Shown here piece by piece: positions 13,609-25,879 of a stretch of DNA of 64,000 nt. This DNA comes from Okamejei kenojei. Lineage: Eukaryota. The notes below the pieces were generated by a model. The model did no database searches. It saw only the letters and a program-made list of their open reading frames with translations, and was not told the origin of the DNA. The translations under genes were made by a program, and so were the position numbers. Each line of letters starts with the position of its first letter. The first letter of the stretch is position 1. Location of the stretch: the NCBI GenBank assembly GCA_035221665.1, contig CM069153.1, positions 36,704,001 to 36,768,000 on the forward strand, in the 5' to 3' direction.

Positions 13609-16410
13609 CTGCAGCCACAGGTTAAGGACTACAAATTTTAAAGTTTGTGCTGAATTCCAAGTCGATGATCTAACGTTTAAAATCGAACATTTCAGTTTGG
13701 AAGCATTTCCCCAAGTCATTACTTTACCAGGATACCACAAGTTCAGAAACAACTTTAGAAGATGGGTCAGTATCACAGGCACACACGTCAAATGACCACA
13801 GCAACCTAACTGATAAGCTACAAGAATGATTGTATAACCATTGAATAGGTTATAAGAGTTGGGTGACGAAGGCAATATTGTACATGTAACAAATTCAGAA
13901 ATTGCACCTTGAGGGGTGGCGAAAACATATCCATCTTAAACCAAAGTTTTAACTTCATGAAACAAAATAAAGTCCAGCTATTACAAGATTAAATTAACGG
14001 GATTAGTTGAAGATGCAGGTCCAAATCAGAAATGAGTATCAGCACATCCCTCTTCAGTTAAAAAGATAATTTGTGCTGAAGGCTCATTTACACCAATCAA
14101 ATTTCCTGTAAGGATCCTTTGGGCCAACTACAGACATGCTAACCATTTGGTCACAGAGTCCCCAGATAAACGAGCAGCAGCGACAACATCCTGAGGAATT
14201 GGACCTCTTCCAGGTCACACCCAGAAACGAGGCTGCAAATGAAGTTGCACAATTACAAGTGGGGTCTGTTTCAATACTAGCGGCGATTTGTTGGAGGAAA
14301 TCTTTCTAATTAATCAAAAAATGATTCACTTTAGCTAGGGTTTATTGCAAAACAGCATGATTAAATTGGATAACTGAAATATTTAAAAAAAGAGACAGTG
14401 TTGGGATAACTCGGAGGGTCAGGCAGCTTCCTTGGAGAACATGGACAGGCAACATTTCGGGTTGGGAACCTCTTCAGACTTCTCCACGGATGCTGCCTGA
14501 ATCGTTAAGTTGGTCCAGCAGTTTGCGTCTTTAAAATTTCCACGTTTTTACATTGTTGTAATATACTGCCAAAACCTCTTTCTATTTTGCGTGTCATTTG
14601 AGTGATACAACACAGATCTAAGAGATTCAAGGCATTTGAAAGTACATCTATTGCAAGGACGTGGCAGTGGCTCCTGATGTTGGTGAATTCCAACACAACA
14701 ATGCAAAGCAAATAATAAGAAACTTCAAGCTGACAAAACCGATGCCATGTCCACAGCTTAGCCCCAGCCGGTGTATAGTCAGATTTACACAGAGCACAGG
14801 AGAAACCATTTAGCCGAGTCAGCTACTTACAAACTTCTTTCACCTACCCAACTCTCTCTTGATAACATCCAGTGAATTGGCCTCCACTGCCTTCCGTCGC
14901 AGAGAATTCCACAGATTCACAACTCTCTGGGTGAACAAATTTTTCCTCATCTCAGACCAAAATGGCCTACCCCTTATTCTTACACTGTGACCCCTGGTTC
15001 TGGACTCTCGCAACATTGGGAATGTTTTTCCTGCATCTAGCCTGTCCAATCCCTTAAGAATCTTATATGTTTCTATGAGATATCCTCTCATCTAAATTCC
15101 AGTGAATATAAGCCCAGTCGATCCATTATTTCATATGTCAGTCCCGCCATCCCAGAAATTAACCTGGTGAACCTACGCTGCACTCTCTCAATAGCAAGAA
15201 TGTCCCTCCTCAAATTAGGAGACCAAAACTGCACACAATACTCTAGGTGTGATCTCAGCAGGGTGCTCTCGCTATGCAGGCCAACATGCCATTTACTTTC
15301 TTCACTGCCTGCTGTACCTGCATGCATACTTTCAGTGATGGATGTATAAGGACACCCAAGTCATGTTGCACCCCTTTTCCTAATCGGACACCATTCAGAT
15401 AATAATCTGCATTCTTGTTCTTGCCACCAAAGCCTTGCGGTGCCCCACTAGTCACTGCCTGCCATTTTGAAAAGGACCTGTTCATTTCTATTTGCTTCCT
15501 GTCTGCCAACCAGCTCTCTAATCAGGCCAATACCCTATCCCAATACCAAGTGCTTCATTTTTGCCCACTAATCTCTTGTGTGGGATCTTGTCAAAGGCTT
15601 TTTGAAAGTCCAGATACACCACATTCACTGGCTCTCCCTTCTCCATTCTACTTGTTGCATCCTCAAAAAGTTCCAGAAGATTAGCCAAGCATGATTTCCT
15701 CTTCAAAAATCCATGCTGACTGATCGATCCTGTCGCTGCAATTACATCTTTAATAATCTTAATAATCGACTGAAGCATCTGCCCCACTACCGATGTCAGG
15801 TTAACTGGCCTATAATTCCATGTTTTCTCTCTCCCTTCTTCTTTACAAAGTGGAGTTACATTAGCTATCCTCCAGTCCACATGAACTGATCCAGAGTCTA
15901 TAGAATTTTGAAAAAGGATTCCCAATGCGTCCACGATGTCTCAGGCCACCTCCTTGAGTACTCTAGGATGCAGCCCACCAGGCCCTAGGGATTTATCTGC
16001 TCTCAGTCCCAACAGTTAACCTAACACCATTTCCTGACTAATGTGGATTTCCTTCAGTTCCTCCCTCCCACTAGATCCTCAGTCCCCTAGTATTTTTATC
16101 ATGAAGAAGCATTTGATTTTACTTCTCTTTTTAACTTGGCTCAAATTCTAAATAAACTATGTATCTGAAAATTGTGACGATTCCACTGCAACAAGCGCGA
16201 GTTGAAATTCACTTGCTCTTTTGTGCATTACTCAAAGAATCCAAGATTTGCATTTGCTGTTCTATTTTATAGGACATAGTGCAGCAAGTATAAGTTGGCT
16301 CGGATAATTAAAGTGGCCATAATTAATAAATTCAGATTGCAAGCAACTTTGACCTTGACTAACCATATCCAGAAAAGGACTTGGTTTCAAATCTCACAGG
16401 AAAAAGATAC
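13609..16410 (-). other. LLGL2: U12-type (minor spliceosome) GT-AG intron of LLGL2
   Basis: 5' splice site GTATCTTT (U12 consensus RTATCCTT); branch site TCCTTAAC at 13621-13628 followed by only 12 nt to the exon; no polypyrimidine tract. Confidence 0.9.
14840..16095 (-). mobile_element. CR1-type LINE fragment inside the U12 intron
   Basis: DWRIANVTPL…NYRPVNLTS…QHGF…VYLDFQKAFDKIPH; LEYCVQFWSP. Confidence 0.92.
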
Positions 16411-16508
16411 ATCTTGAAGGCCCCCGATCGGCTTCCAATGGCCATGAGCTGGAGCGAAGGACTATAAGCCAACGCACTGGGCTGATGCGGAAACCCATGT
16501 TCTACCGT
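16411..16508 (-). CDS. LLGL2: LLGL2 coding exon 2
   Basis: [32 protein letters not shown](I); acceptor tccaacag; 98 nt; absent from the ORF track. Confidence 0.97.
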
Positions 16509-17369
16509 CTGTTGGACAGAAAGAAATACTACATAAGCAACTGCAGAAATCAGGGAAAAGGTTTTCAGAACCTGGAAGATTGCAGCACATGTGGGTTAAA
16601 ACTCAAGCAGATGTCAACCTATTTACAACCCAGAGAAGAAATACCAGTTGATAAAAACATTTGCATTGGTATAATCCGAAGTTTTTTTGTTCATATTTGC
16701 ATTTGATCCTTGATATTAGTATCAATGTTAACTTTGATACAAGGAATAAGACCAGGAGTAGGGCATGCAACACTGAGAGCCTGCTCCACCGTTCAATAAT
16801 TCTGCCACTTGTCCTACTCTGCAGGCGAAGTTAAAATTAATTGACCTACCTTGTTAAGTCCCTTTACAATCTTATTTCAAAAATACTTACCTCATTCTTT
16901 AAATAACTAAATTATCAGGATGCATCCTGATCAGAGCAAGGTGATGAACTTTAGAAGATCGACACAAACAAATGTAGGTTCCTATGGTGTATTGAGGAAT
17001 ACGGGTACCTTCGCATACAAGTCTTGAGATCCCTGAAGATTGTAAGTTTGGTGAAACTGACATGCGGCCACTGGGCAGATTGCGTTGTGAAGAGACAAAG
17101 GTGTCTGATTACTACAGGGAGGATCTTTTGTCGCCCTAGACTTTTCCCAAGACAGCTCTTTTCTGCTTGTCAATTCTCAAAGTAAATTAAATGGTCGCCA
17201 GTTCCCAATTGAAAGTGTGTTTAACCAATTTGGCTTCCATAATGCAGATAATACCGATAGTGTCCCAAAGTCATCAATGGAGTTTTATCCTCTTCAAATT
17301 ATGGAAACATGCATGATAGCAGAACCATCTGTTCTTGACCATTTGCAGTGGATGAAACTACAAGAATAG

Positions 17370-17815
17370 GGAGAATGCGATGCAGCATTGGCAAGGCCAA
17401 TACTGAAGTAATGTGCACACATTTGGTCACCACACTGTAGGAAAGACATGATTGCACTGGAGAGTTTGCCGAGGGGATTCACCAGGATGTGGTATTTCAG
17501 TTATGGGCTGAGACTGGAGAATTTGGGTTTGTTTTCTTTTGATTGTTGGAGGCTCAGGGAAAGTTCTGATCGAGTTATACAAAAAGAGAAGCATAGACGT
17601 ATGAATAATGGGAGACCTTTCCCAAAAGGTCACTTGAAATCTAGAAACCACACACCGAGTGAGCGTTGAAGGTAAGTATTCTCCAGGTAGATATTAGATC
17701 AGTACTCTAATTATCAAGAGAAGCTATTGTGCAAGTGTTGGGAATGGGATTTGTGAGATAGAAACAATTGAATGCTGGCATGGACATGGAGGGCTGAAGG
17801 GCTTGTTTCAGTGCT
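17370..17815 (+). mobile_element. Degenerate CR1 3' fragment
   Basis: gcattggcaaggccaatactg…tggtcaccacac…; RLENLGLFSF…RLR. Confidence 0.75.
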
Positions 17816-18749
17816 GATTCTCAGTTGCAATAAGTATAGGCAATTGTTTGTACCTCATTAAGAGAAAGACATCACATGATCAATACCATTACCTGACTGA
17901 ACAAGATAACACATTTTGTTGCTGAATGTGTTGCAAATCAGAATTGTGGAAATATAAATGCCCAAAATGTTAAAATGGAAAAGGTAGATGTAATAGGTAA
18001 AAAGCTGATCATATTTGCTTCTCGAGTACCATAAGCCTTGCGATCCAGTCATTAACAAGGTAAAGGTCTTAAAATAACAACGGTATAGAAAGTAAAAAGC
18101 CCTGTTAGTCACAAGAGGCATCATGACACATGACCCAACTAACATAATGTCTTCCCTTAGAATTATAACTGCAGACGAGAAAGGACCAATGAGTCCAAGT
18201 GGAACCAAATCAGAAAGCTCTAACAGGAAATTGAACTAAAACAAATTACCCATACTGAAAGAACCATAAGCTGGCAGTGAGCAACAAAGGGCAACATCTG
18301 TAAAGTGCACGGTTCTTTTATTGTTGTTACAGGCTGCAAAGCACAAGTTACAGCCAATATTACCCGAAAATGACAAGGAAACACCAAATTCCAGGAAAGG
18401 GCAGAGTGAGAAAAGGCTGTTCAAAGTGAATTAAGCTGTGGGCCGAGGAGCTTTTTTGTTCAAGTTCGTGGCCCAACTCACGGAACAACCTGAATTAACA
18501 TATTATGTAAAATTATATAAATATATAAATTATACCTGAAACTCGACAAGATCAAAACCTGCAAATTTTGTTAAAATATGAGAAAAAAAACTTAAATTTT
18601 CCAAGTGGTAATTGCCCAATCAATGCACGTTTGACATTGAGGTACAAATGTAGAGCTAGGATTAGGGTCAGTCAATCGGTCAGTCTGTCGGTCGGGCTTG
18701 TCGGTAGGCCGATGGATGCTGTGGAGGATCGGCTGTGCTGTCGGGCCGC

Positions 18750-18925
18750 CGGTGGGCGGTGAGAGTGGTCGGTCGGGCGGGCCTCCGGTGGGTGGTGAGA
18801 GTTGGGCCGGGCTTCCGGTGGGTGATGAGAGCGGTCGGTCGGGCAGGGCTTCCGGTGGGTGGTGAGCATTGGGCCGGGCCTCCGGTGGGTGCTGCGAGGG
18901 GTCGGTTGGGCTGTCGGCCAGCCGG
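18750..18925. repeat. GC-rich minisatellite with alternating ~36- and ~30-bp units
   Basis: Units begin cggtggg(c/t)ggtgagag…; about 5 units. Confidence 0.8.
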
Positions 18926-20974
18926 TGTTGCGGCGAATGGACTAACGGAGCCGGCGCTATGGGGGTGCTGAAAGCGGCCCGGACGGTGTGCAGGGCAGTG
19001 CTGCTCCCCACCATCATCACCACGATGATCCAAAAGGGCATGCTGGCCGAGGTGGACGCGCCGCGGGGCCACACTTATGGAGCCCGCAGCCGGTCCCAAA
19101 GCGGCTCCAGCTCTAGCTGTGGGCAGCTCTGGAAGTGGTGGGGGGGGGGGCGTGTTAGGGTTACACATTTTCCTGTCAGTGGAAGATGCCTTAGCCTTTC
19201 CCCAGCCTGGCACTGCCCCAGTCCCACTATGACCATGACCCGCACTTTGCACAGTGGCGGTCAGTGGGGTTCAGTAAATGGGGGAACCCACAGGAACTAC
19301 CCCATTAATTAGGCTGGTTCTGGAGCCGGAACTCTGCGGCAGCCTCGTTCAAAATACACACTCACAATTATATTCATTATATTATTTTGATATAATATAA
19401 TGATATATGCTTACAGTCATATGTAATATATGGTTTAAATAGATTGCAACACAGAAATAGGCTGCCCATGGGGTAATATGGGCATTGGACACTAGATGGT
19501 GCTTACCTTTTTCAATCTAATTTTCTAATTAGTTTATTTAATTAATGTGCAACTTTGGGCACTGACGAGTTATGACTTCCTTAATCAATTATATTTTATC
19601 TAAATCTGTCCAAAATTTCATGTAGTTCCCAGACTTGGGTCACGAAAGTTGATTTCTAGACACATTTTGATGCTCGGCCCACAGCCTAAATGTAACACCA
19701 TCATTGACTTAACATTCCGGTTACTTCCAAGTCAAAAGCAGACGGCCAGGAGCCAGTCAAGCAGCTGTCAGATCTGGTCTGATAAACCTAAGCTTGCTCA
19801 GGTCATGCAGCGGCTCTACTATTAGTGTGCTGTTACTGTGTAATTGTTAAATCAAGAGATGTTGGAAATTCCCTCACCAACATAATTTGCTGCAAAAACT
19901 TTGCAAACTGGACACCTTTCTTCATTCCAACATCAATGTCCCATGTACATTCCAGTTGCAAGATTCCAACATGACCAGGCACATTGCTATTTGTGCAATA
20001 CGTCTCTGGCTGCATTCAAGAGATCCTACAATACCTTACTGGGCTATATTACTCTAGCTATTTGAGTGTCCTGTGTTTCAACACGTTTCTGGTGCCTTGC
20101 ACTCTGGTGAGGGTGCCATTAATCCAAGTCTACAGGTACATTTGCCATGTTCTCAAAAGCCAGGGGAATTTAGCGGACTGTTTTAACGTTCTGCATGTCT
20201 TCAGAATACAGCTCTTACATTAGACTTTCCATCGTTTGGAATATAATTGCTAAGAAAATTAAATCAAACCAGCATATGACAGTTAATTTCCTTGACAAGT
20301 AATCCTTATCTAGCTCTTGTGGCAATATGTTAAATAGTTTAAGTTTATTCTTGATGGACAAAATGCTACAACTTGACCAGTCTAGCATTCTTAAGAAATT
20401 TGAATGCCAAAATAAATTAGCTGCTTTGAGAAATCATTCCAAAACGAAAATTATCAAGACCAAGCAGATTAAAATACATTTTAATTAAAAGCCCAAATGA
20501 ACCTTTCTTGTAAGATGTTAGTATTGAAGATAAGTGTTTTGGTCTTATCGACCACAAAATAAAAGTGGAAATGAGTGACATTGGTCATAGTAATCACACA
20601 ATCAAAAGCAGACAGAGTCTAAATGACATTCACCTACCAGATCTTGCCTTTACCCCTCCCTCTCACTTATTTATAGTGATAATCTTCCCTTTACACTCTT
20701 TAGCCCGATAGTGTCTCAACCCAAAATGTCAATCATCCCTTTGCCTCCATGGATGCCGCCAGACCTACTGAGTTTTTCCAGCAGTTTATTTTTGCTTACG
20801 TTTTCAAACACTGGTTCGGAATTGGAATTCAACTGGGACAGGTTTGAGTGCAGCACTCACTAACTACAAGAAGCTTTTAACGAGGGTGACCCATTTTGGG
20901 GAACAAAGAATTCTACGGCAAATATCTATGACAAAACAAATATTGTAGATGCAAGGAATCTGAAAACAAGAGCA

Positions 20975-21240
20975 GCGTGTTGGCACAGTTGGTCAAGCTG
21001 CTGCCTCACAGCACCAGAACCCCGGATTCGATCCAGACCGAATGCTGCTTGTGTGGAGTTCGCACATTCTCCCTATCACCACATGGGCTTCCACCCACAT
21101 CCCAAAGACGAGCGTTTTTGTAGGTTAATTGGCCTCTAAAATTGGTCCAAATTTGTTAAGAGCGGATGAGACATAGAATAACAAAGAACTGGTGTGAATA
21201 AATGATCGCTGGTCAGCATGGAGCAGAAAGAATGCCGAAG
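20975..21240 (+). mobile_element. tRNA-derived SINE (HE1/V-SINE-like)
   Basis: tggcacag…gctgctgcctcacagc…ggattcgatcc…gtgtggagttcgcacattctccc…cccaaagac. Confidence 0.85.
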
Positions 21241-22595
21241 AGATTCATCAGGATTTGAGGACGAGTTATACAGCGAAGCTGAATAGGGTGGAGATTTTTT
21301 TTGAAATGTAGTCTGCAGTGGGTTGATCTCATTGAAGTTTACACAATTATAAGGGGCATGGATAAATTGAATGCTCAATCATTTTCCAAGGGTAATGGAA
21401 TCTAAAACTAGAGAACATAGGCTTAAGGTGAGAAGGGAGAGATTTAAGATCCTCAGTGACTTTTTCCCCATTCAGAGTGTAATCCATACTCAGAATGAAC
21501 GCAAGGGGAAATTATAGAAGTGGATACAATTATTATTTTCAAAAGATATTTGGACAGATACAAATTGGAAGGTTTGGGGTTAGCCTAGAATGCCAACTTC
21601 ATCAGCATGGACAAGTTGGACTGAACAGCCCGATTCCATACTATATAGCACTGACGGAATGTACAACAAAGAGGAGCTCTCGGATAGAGTGAGACAAAAT
21701 GTCTATCATAGTCTGTTCATTATTTTAGTCTATAATGAGCAGATTAAGAAGGAACCGCTGGAGATGGTGCATTAAAGCTTCCAGAAGACTTTTAAGCTGC
21801 CAGACAAGGGACTATTAAACAAGCTTGGGATACACTGTGTTGGAGTAAGGTACTGACAAGGATCACTGGTTTGCTTCATATCAGAACATTATAAAAATAG
21901 AGGTCATTCTTAAATTGGGAGGCATTGTACTTCACAAACGATATTAATGATTTGAATGTGGGAGATCATGTTGAACGTATCCAAGTAAATTGGCAGCAGC
22001 GTGGACTTCAAGGGAGATGCAATGAAACTATGGGGAATCAAATGGGCACGACAGTCGAGTATGATATTGAAAAATGCAAGGTTGACCACTTTGACATATA
22101 AAAGTAACATTTTTTCCAATTGTTCATCAAGTTCAGAGGAACCAGCAGCCTTGAATAAGAATCACTGAAGATGTAGATGTATAACATGCAGATACAGCAG
22201 CAATTGGGAAAGGAAAACTGTTAGTTGCAAGAGGATCCAAGTGCAAGATCTCCCTACACAAGGAAGGGAATACTTGAGTGCAGCAAATGTTTGCCAGATT
22301 GATTTCTGGGATGACAAATTTGAAAGATCACGATTATATAAATTGTGCTTTATTCTCCAGAATTACAAGAATGGGAAGTGATCTCTGAAACATACCAAGT
22401 TCTTATAGGGTTTGACAGGGCACGTGGTGTTTGGGGTTAAGTGATAAGTGCCGAGAACCAGGGGACATCATTTTAAAATAAGGGAGTGGCCATTGACAAA
22501 TAAGAAATTTATTCACCCAACAGGTCACAATTTCTGGAATTCTCCACCTAAAAAGGACTGTGAAGGTTCAGTTGCTGCGTGTATTCAAGACAAAT
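21240..22595 (+). mobile_element. Cluster of degenerate CR1 fragments
   Basis: Degenerate CR1 3' DNA motifs (gttgatctcattgaagtttac, aaactagagaacataggcttaaggtgag, ttattcacccaacagg…ctggaattctc). Confidence 0.7.
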
Positions 22596-22862
22596 AAAAA
22601 ACAAATTCTGGAAATCCACAGCATTGTCCAAATGTTGCCTCGCCTTTTGAACATTTCCACCATTCATTTTAATTTCATACTTCCAGCACATACAGCTTTT
22701 TTTTTGAGATATTATCAAGAGTCAAGGTCATAAAACGCAATTAAAGTGAGTCATCCATCACCTCCCCAGTTTACCTTGGACCACAATATTATTCTGATGA
22801 CGTCTAGCACAAGCGAGGAACAGCATTTCAGCTTTTCACAAAGCATGTAGTCACCCATTCGA

Positions 22863-23400
22863 CATAGTTCAACAGAACAGTACAGGAACAGGCCTTATGG
22901 CCCACAATGTCCGTACTAAAGAATATCAAGACTAACTTTCCTCTACCTGCACATAAAGCATCGCTCTCCATTTCCCGCACATCCACGAGCCAATCAAAAT
23001 GATTTCAAACAACCACTATCGTATCTGACTCCATCATCAGCCCCAGCAGTGTTTTCCAGGCACTCTCCACCCTCTGCACATTACCTTTAAGTTGCGCTCG
23101 TTACCTTAAAGCTATGTCCTGTAGTGTTTGATATTTATATCGTGGAAAAATATTTTGAATGTCTATCCTATCCAAGTCTTTCATAATTTTATATTTAACA
23201 ATTTTGTATACCTCTAGTCAGGCCTTCCCACAACTTGTGCCGTTCCACAGAAAACAACCCAAGTCTGTTTAACCTCCCCCTATAGCTAATACCTCTAAAT
23301 CCAGGCATCATTCTGGTAAACCTCCTCTGCACCTTTTCCAAAGCCTTCACATCCTTCCTGTATATGGGCAACCAGAACTACATACAATATTCCAATAATC
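22863..23400 (-). mobile_element. CR1 3' end
   Basis: acagtacaggaacaggcc…ccaggcatcattctggtaaacctcctctgcacc, reversed CR1 3' region. Confidence 0.8.
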
Positions 23401-23615
23401 ACCTCTATCTTTTCCTCATGGATCTGGTTCGGGCTTTTTCATTTTGTCTGCATCATTTTTTTGCTAACTGCCCATTCTTAAAATAATTCTGACCTTTGCA
23501 ACTTTGATCTGAGCCCTAACATAGACCTTATTTATGTTCTTTCCATTTCTTCCACACTCAACATAACACTTCCTACTTCTCGTGTTCCGATGAAGGATCC
23601 TCAACATGAAATGTT

Positions 23616-24330
23616 GACCAGCGAAGTTGGTCCTTACCCTTAATAACTTCTTGTTTGACTCCTCCCATTTCCTCCAAACACAAGGTTTAGCTATGCCTGC
23701 CTCTTTGTAGGGTATGTCGAACAATCCTTGTTCGCGACGCACCAGGGCCCCAACCCCGACCTCTACCTCTGCTACATCGACAATTACATTGGTGCTACCT
23801 CCTGCACCCACACACAACTGACTGAATCAACTTCGCCACTAACTTCCATCTGGCACTCAAATACACCTGGACCATTTCCGACACTTCCCTACCATTTCTT
23901 GACCTCACTATCTCCATCGCAGGTGAAAGACCTTTGACCGACATCCACTATAAACCCACCAACTCCCATGGCTATCTAGACTACACTTCTTCCCACCCTG
24001 CTTCCTGTAAGGACTCCATTCCCTATACCCAATTCCTCCGTCTATGCCGCATCTGCTCCCAGGATGAGGTGTTCCACACCAGGGCATCGGAAATGTTCTC
24101 ATTCTTCAGGGAACAGGAGTTCCCCTCCCCTACCATAGATGAGGCTCTCACCAGGGTCTCTTCAATACCCCGCAACACTGCTCTCTCTCCCCATCCCCCC
24201 CACTCGGAACAAGGACAGAATCCCCCTAGTCCTCACCTTCCACCCCACTAGCCGGCACATACAACAAATCGTCCTCCATCATTTTCGCCACCTCCAACGT
24301 GACCCCACCACTCGCCACATCTTCCCATCT

Positions 24331-24384
<54 letters not shown>

Positions 24385-25067
24385 TGTGTACTTTCCGCAA
24401 AGACCGCTTCCTCCGTAACTCCCTGGTCAATTCTTCCCTTCACTCCCGCACCACCCCCTCCCCGGGCACTTTCCCTTGCAACTGCTACACGTGTCGCTTT
24501 ACCTCCCCCGTCAACTCCATTCAAGGACCCAAGCAGTCGTTCCAAGTGCGACAGAGACTTACCTACACCTCCTCCAACCTCATCTATTGCATCCGCTGCT
24601 CTAGACGTCAGCTGATCTACATCGGTGAGACCAAGCGTGGGCTTGGCGATCGTTTCGCCGAACACCTCCGCTCAGTCCGCATTAACCAACCTGATCTCCC
24701 TGTGGCTCAGCACTTCAACTCCCCCTCCCATTCCGAATCCGACCTCTCTGTCCTGGGCCTCCTCCATGGCCAGAGTGAGCGCCACCGGCAACTGGAGGAG
24801 CAGCACCTCATATTCCACTTGGGCAGTCTGCATCCTGGTGGCCTGAACATTGACTTCTCCCAGTTCCAGTAGCCCTTGCTGTCTCTTCCCCTTCTCAACT
24901 CTCCCTCAGCCCTCTGGCTCCTCCTCTTCCTTTCTTCTTCCCGTCGCCCCCCCCCCCCCCCCCCCACATTAGTCGGAAGAAGGGTTTCGGCCCAAAACGT
25001 TACCCATTTCCTTCGCTCTATAGATGCTGCCGCACCCGCTGAGTTTCTCCAGCAATTTTGTCTACCT
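23616..25067 (+). mobile_element. 5'-truncated Penelope-like retroelement (RT fragment + GIY-YIG endonuclease + terminal repeat)
   Basis: RT motifs LVLTLNNFLFDSSHFLQTQGLAM and YIDN (YIDD decayed); DIHYKPT; GIY-YIG domain NLIYCIRCS…IYIGETKR…RFAEH…HF…GLN ending 24872; decayed hammerhead motif at ~24974; 10-bp TSD atgaaatgtt at 23606-23615 and 25068-25077; frameshifted. Confidence 0.92.
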
Positions 25068-25195
25068 ATGAAATGTTACCCAGTGTTGCGGTCTGACCTG
25101 CTGAATGCTTCCAGCATTCTCTGTTCAAGCAAAAGTCCAAGATTAGCACTCAAGAACACTGGTGCATGTTCTGGAAAATTAGCAAAATGACTAAC

Positions 25196-25270
25196 CTTAT
25201 TGAATTGAAACAAGTCCTGCTTGATACGTTCTCTGTGTAACTCATTCCCATGTCTTCGGAATCTCTTCAT
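25196..25270 (-). CDS. LLGL2: LLGL2 first coding exon (ATG at 25270; exon including 5' UTR 25196-25326)
   Basis: MKRFRRHGNELHRERIKQDLFQFNK, an LLGL2-type N-terminus (human [25 protein letters not shown]); donor GTTAGT; upstream acceptor tctttgtgcag at 25327-25328. Confidence 0.95.
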
Positions 25271-25766
25271 TGCTCTCACTCGATGGTGACAAAGCAGCCT
25301 CAACACAACAGCCAAGTGAGCAGCTTCTGCACAAAGAAGATATAAATGGTTGATTCACAAATGAACAGATGCCAACACTTGCCCTTTTTCCAGCCTCTGA
25401 CAGCAGGGTACTCTCAGTTAAACATGGAACATCAAGTCTTTTGTGAAGCTGTGCCTAACCAAGTTACACAGCTGGCCCACATTTAGTTGGCAATCATTAA
25501 CCTCCATGTTTACAAAGGCACAATTCAAACAGTGCTTCTTCCACATGACATTAGATATACAGAACCTCATTACAGCCCCATCAACATTGCTTAGTTACAG
25601 AACTGGGATTTCTAGATAGTTCCCTACTATTGATCTCTCCCAAAAATATATTCTGCTCAAAGATGTCGTTTCAGGATGGACTGCTGTTGCAGAAGGACAC
25701 AATTGGCTAGTTGGTTAATTGAATCCTCAAAATGATGTAAAGAATCTAGTAAATTATGTCCTCTTT

Positions 25767-25860
25767 CTGAACAAGGGTCTCGACCCGAAACATCGCATAT
25801 TCCTTCTCTCCATAGATGCTGCCTCACCCGCTGAGTTTCTCCAGCATTTTGTCTACCTTC
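25767..25860 (+). mobile_element. PLE terminal-repeat fragment
   Basis: ctgaacaagggtctcgacccgaaac…gatgctgcctcacccgctgagtttctccagcatttt. Confidence 0.8.
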
Positions 25861-25879
25861 CTCTTTCTTTGGTAAACAT

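Noticed and set aside
18592-19312. Overlapping 147-190 aa ORFs on both strands
   Set aside because: GC-rich tandem repeats lack stops; no recognisable domain or splice context
20975-21045. tRNA gene
   Set aside because: A/B-box-like head continues into the SINE body; no cloverleaf; multi-copy SINE
824-25270. Assignment to LLGL1 or tomosyn (STXBP5)
   Set aside because: The N-terminus MKRFRRHG…QDLFQFNK and the motifs [15 protein letters not shown] and GVCLxxLYKLSTV…EDEWPPLRK match LLGL2
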